Source: Centroscyllium fabricii (lineage: Eukaryota). Taken from it: a stretch of DNA of 64,000 nt. The notes under the pieces are model-generated. The model did no database searches. It was not told the origin of the DNA and saw only the letters and a list, made by a program, of their open reading frames with translations. The position numbers were made by a program, and so were the translations under genes. Of the stretch, positions 61,389 to 64,000 are shown one piece after another (within the stretch, counting starts at the first letter, position 1; the number at the start of each line of letters is the position of its first letter). Location of the stretch: assembly GCA_051313645.2 (NCBI GenBank), contig JBNRSN020000003.1, positions 517,762,001 to 517,826,000 of the forward strand, read 5' to 3'.

Positions 61389-62726
61389 CTGCATTTGTAA
61401 AAGATTAAAAAAAAATACATGGAAGAGTGTGAAACTATCACTAAAACTGCATATAAAACATGAACAGTAATCAAAATCTTTCTATAAAATATCAGTTTCT
61501 TTACAATTAGGGCATAGATCCAAGGCAAGACAGATATTCCTATGTATCGTGAAAGCCTCTTAAAATTAAATCAGAAGGATGTTGCAGTGCCCTCACATTT
61601 TTTCAATTGTGTTGGTCACCGTGCTGCTTGCCATGAGTTCCTGCTTCCGGTCTCGTAAATGCTTAAACCTATACTTGTCTAACGATCAATCAGTGACTGC
61701 TATCCTCAAGGGGGCGGTAAGTGGGTCTCTTTCAAGTTGAGTTAGTTCCAAGATAACATGCCTGACGCAGGAGGTTGGAGCTGAGTTGATCCTCCGCGAC
61801 AGACTCAGTAATCTGGGGGTCGAGTCTCCACTCGTTTACGCCAGTAATATCAGCGTAATCTGCTGGGGGGGGGGGGGGGGGGATCGGCCGAACCAGCGCA
61901 AAAGATCGGAGAATTTTAAACGAGAGTTACAACCAGAACCACTTATGTTTGTGTTTTCCCGTGATCTTTTATGCTGGTTTAAGATTCAATTCACCCGGGT
62001 CAGGTCCCACCACAAAACTGGCCACTACCCCAGGTCGAAATTGCGAGATTCCGCTGGTTGGGGAAGGCTCTTCAAATTGCACTAATTTATTTATTTTGGT
62101 GCACAGGCATTAGTGGACACGTTTTTAAAGTTTTTCATATCCAAAAATATTTAATTTACTAAGAAACTGACTAGTGTACACCAATGAAAGTAAATGGTTC
62201 AGTATAGTTTTTTTTAAAAGTAATTTTCACTGATTGCAAATCAGGTTACTCACAGGTGAAGGATTAAGCACTCTTATGAAAAATGCTTATTTTTTGAGAT
62301 AAACCCATTTCCAGCTGTGTATTACTAAGACTGGACCAGGTTATCATTTTAAATACATCAATGAATACTGTATAATGGAGTGGAAAAAAAATGATTACAT
62401 TCTATTACACTGCTCGACTGTGCTGGTTCATGGGATGATTTTACATTTGTGATTATGCAAATGATTTTTATTGGACACTTGAGCTATAACCTAACCAGCA
62501 CAATTTCCAGCTCATTTTGGGCGCAATTTCCCGACCGTGCCCAAAATGGAAACTCTACCCCCCTGATGTTTAAGGCCGATAGGTCTGTAGCATTCCAAGG
62601 TATTGCTAATTATAGACCAGTCAAGCTTGGCTCATTGATGAGAAGTAGTCACTGGGAGCTGGAATTCCTCTCTCGGCTCTGGATAGTTTTACAAGCCAAT
62701 GCTGTAGCCAAATCCAATTCTGTCAA

Positions 62727-62956
62727 AAATAACGACAGAAAACGCTGGAAAAACTCAGCAGGCCTGGCAGCATCAGTGGAGAGAGAAACAGAGTTAATGT
62801 TTCAGGTCGATGACCTTTCTTCAGCACTCTGAAGAAAGGTCATCGACCTGAAACGTTAACTCTGCTCCTCTCTCCACCGATGCTGCCTGGCCTGCTGAGT
62901 TTCTCCAGCGTTTTCTGTCGTTATTTCGGATTTCCAGCACCCGCAGTATTTTGCTA
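62727..62956. mobile_element. Inverted pair of Penelope-like termini forming a hairpin
   Basis: 98-nt arms at 62727-62824 and 62829-62926, loop CACT; hammerhead core CTGAAGA...GAAA starts at 62829. Confidence 0.85.
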
Positions 62957-63005
62957 TCCAATTATGTCAACGCGGGTACAATATTTAGGTATCTCTCGCC
63001 CTTAC

Positions 63006-63114
63006 CCTGCACTGATAGCTATGGACATTTCTGTAGCTGTGGTCACTTTAGTCTTGACAGTCATTATATTGAGGTTCATCAAATAGTGGAAGTAGAGGTG
63101 AAGGACACTGCCAT
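63006..63114 (-). CDS. THOC5: THOC5 coding exon (9th from last)
   Basis: (D)[35 protein letters not shown](G); phase 1 to 2. Confidence 0.96.
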
Positions 63115-63774
63115 CTGCCAAAAGAGGAAGAAGATAACTGAAGATTAAAAACAAGCTATAAATCTGATCAACGTGTATTTCAGCACACACTTGGGGAAAG
63201 CAGGAATGCTTAGAAAAATATTCAGGAACACAAGTAGGGTTACCATCTGAAAGCATCCAATAGTTACAACTGTTTAGTGATACTAGATGTTTCACTGAAG
63301 ATTTCGAATACAGCATCAGGCAATAATTAGGCACACAATAAGATACTAATCTACAAAGAATTACAGTTTGCACAACTAATGCAAAATCTACAAATCGTTT
63401 TTGAAAAATCTTTGATGTGTTATATATTGTGCCCATTTCAACATACCAGAGCAATCCAAATGTTTTAAAAAGATATTAGCTGACGCTACAGGTATGCTTT
63501 TAAAATTTTGAGCGCAGCCTTTATCCAGTACATAAAGCTTTGATATAGTCCAACTCTTTGCAATAAGCACACACGCAAACTTTGGATTGAAGATAGTAGC
63601 ACACTATAGAGATAGCACATTAAAGACAAAACAGCAGTTTTGATTTTGCATAACCTATTTTGCCTTTGTTATTTGCACAACTGGTTTCTGTGACTTCAGA
63701 TAATCTAAAGTGAGCGCGCAGGCCTTGTTGTCAGTAATATTATTTTTGACGATGGAGGGGTGGTCAGTTCTAAC

Positions 63775-63874
63775 CTTTGTATTTCAGGTCTAAAGTAACA
63801 GACAGGGGGTGCCATTTTAACATTTCTCTGCGTTTATCATCCAGCTGCAGGCCAAGAGTTGGGCGGCGACGTTT
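63775..63874 (-). CDS. THOC5: THOC5 coding exon (10th from last; gene continues beyond the window)
   Basis: [33 protein letters not shown]; phase 0 to 1. Confidence 0.96.
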
Positions 63875-64000
63875 CTGGAAAACAGATCAATAGTTTATCC
63901 AACGATTCACACTGCCATTTGATTTTAAAAATATAAATACTAGCTGCAATTGCGACTCAAAGTGTCATAACACTACAGTAAAACTTATAACTAGGCACAG

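Overview
Eukaryotic, repeat-dense genomic DNA, most likely from a shark or other elasmobranch (HE1-like and Deu-domain SINEs, CR1, L2, Rex1 and Penelope remnants). The only recognisable host gene is the 3' half of THOC5 on the minus strand: 10 coding exons from 63874 to the stop at 37144, all with GT-AG sites and consistent phases. The rest is mostly transposons: a young full-length but disabled Gypsy element (278-4836), a young non-autonomous LTR element (14232-16323), a near-intact 5'-truncated CR1 (18696-21341), many SINEs and three groups of non-autonomous DNA elements (TA-flanked Tc1/pogo-type, 3-bp-TSD Harbinger-type, 8-bp-TSD hAT-type). The most interesting signals: (i) a TA-flanked MITE family with conserved TIRs but swapped, promoter-like or exon-like cargo, rich in NRF1/YY1-like motifs; (ii) Penelope-associated minimal hammerhead motifs with a compensatory U3-A8 core; (iii) a Gypsy PBS complementary to its own LTR poly(A)-signal region; (iv) a CR1 insertion that captured an inverted copy of neighbouring DNA; (v) TE-derived splice signals in THOC5 introns. 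All calls are by eye; family names come from recalled consensus features, not database searches.
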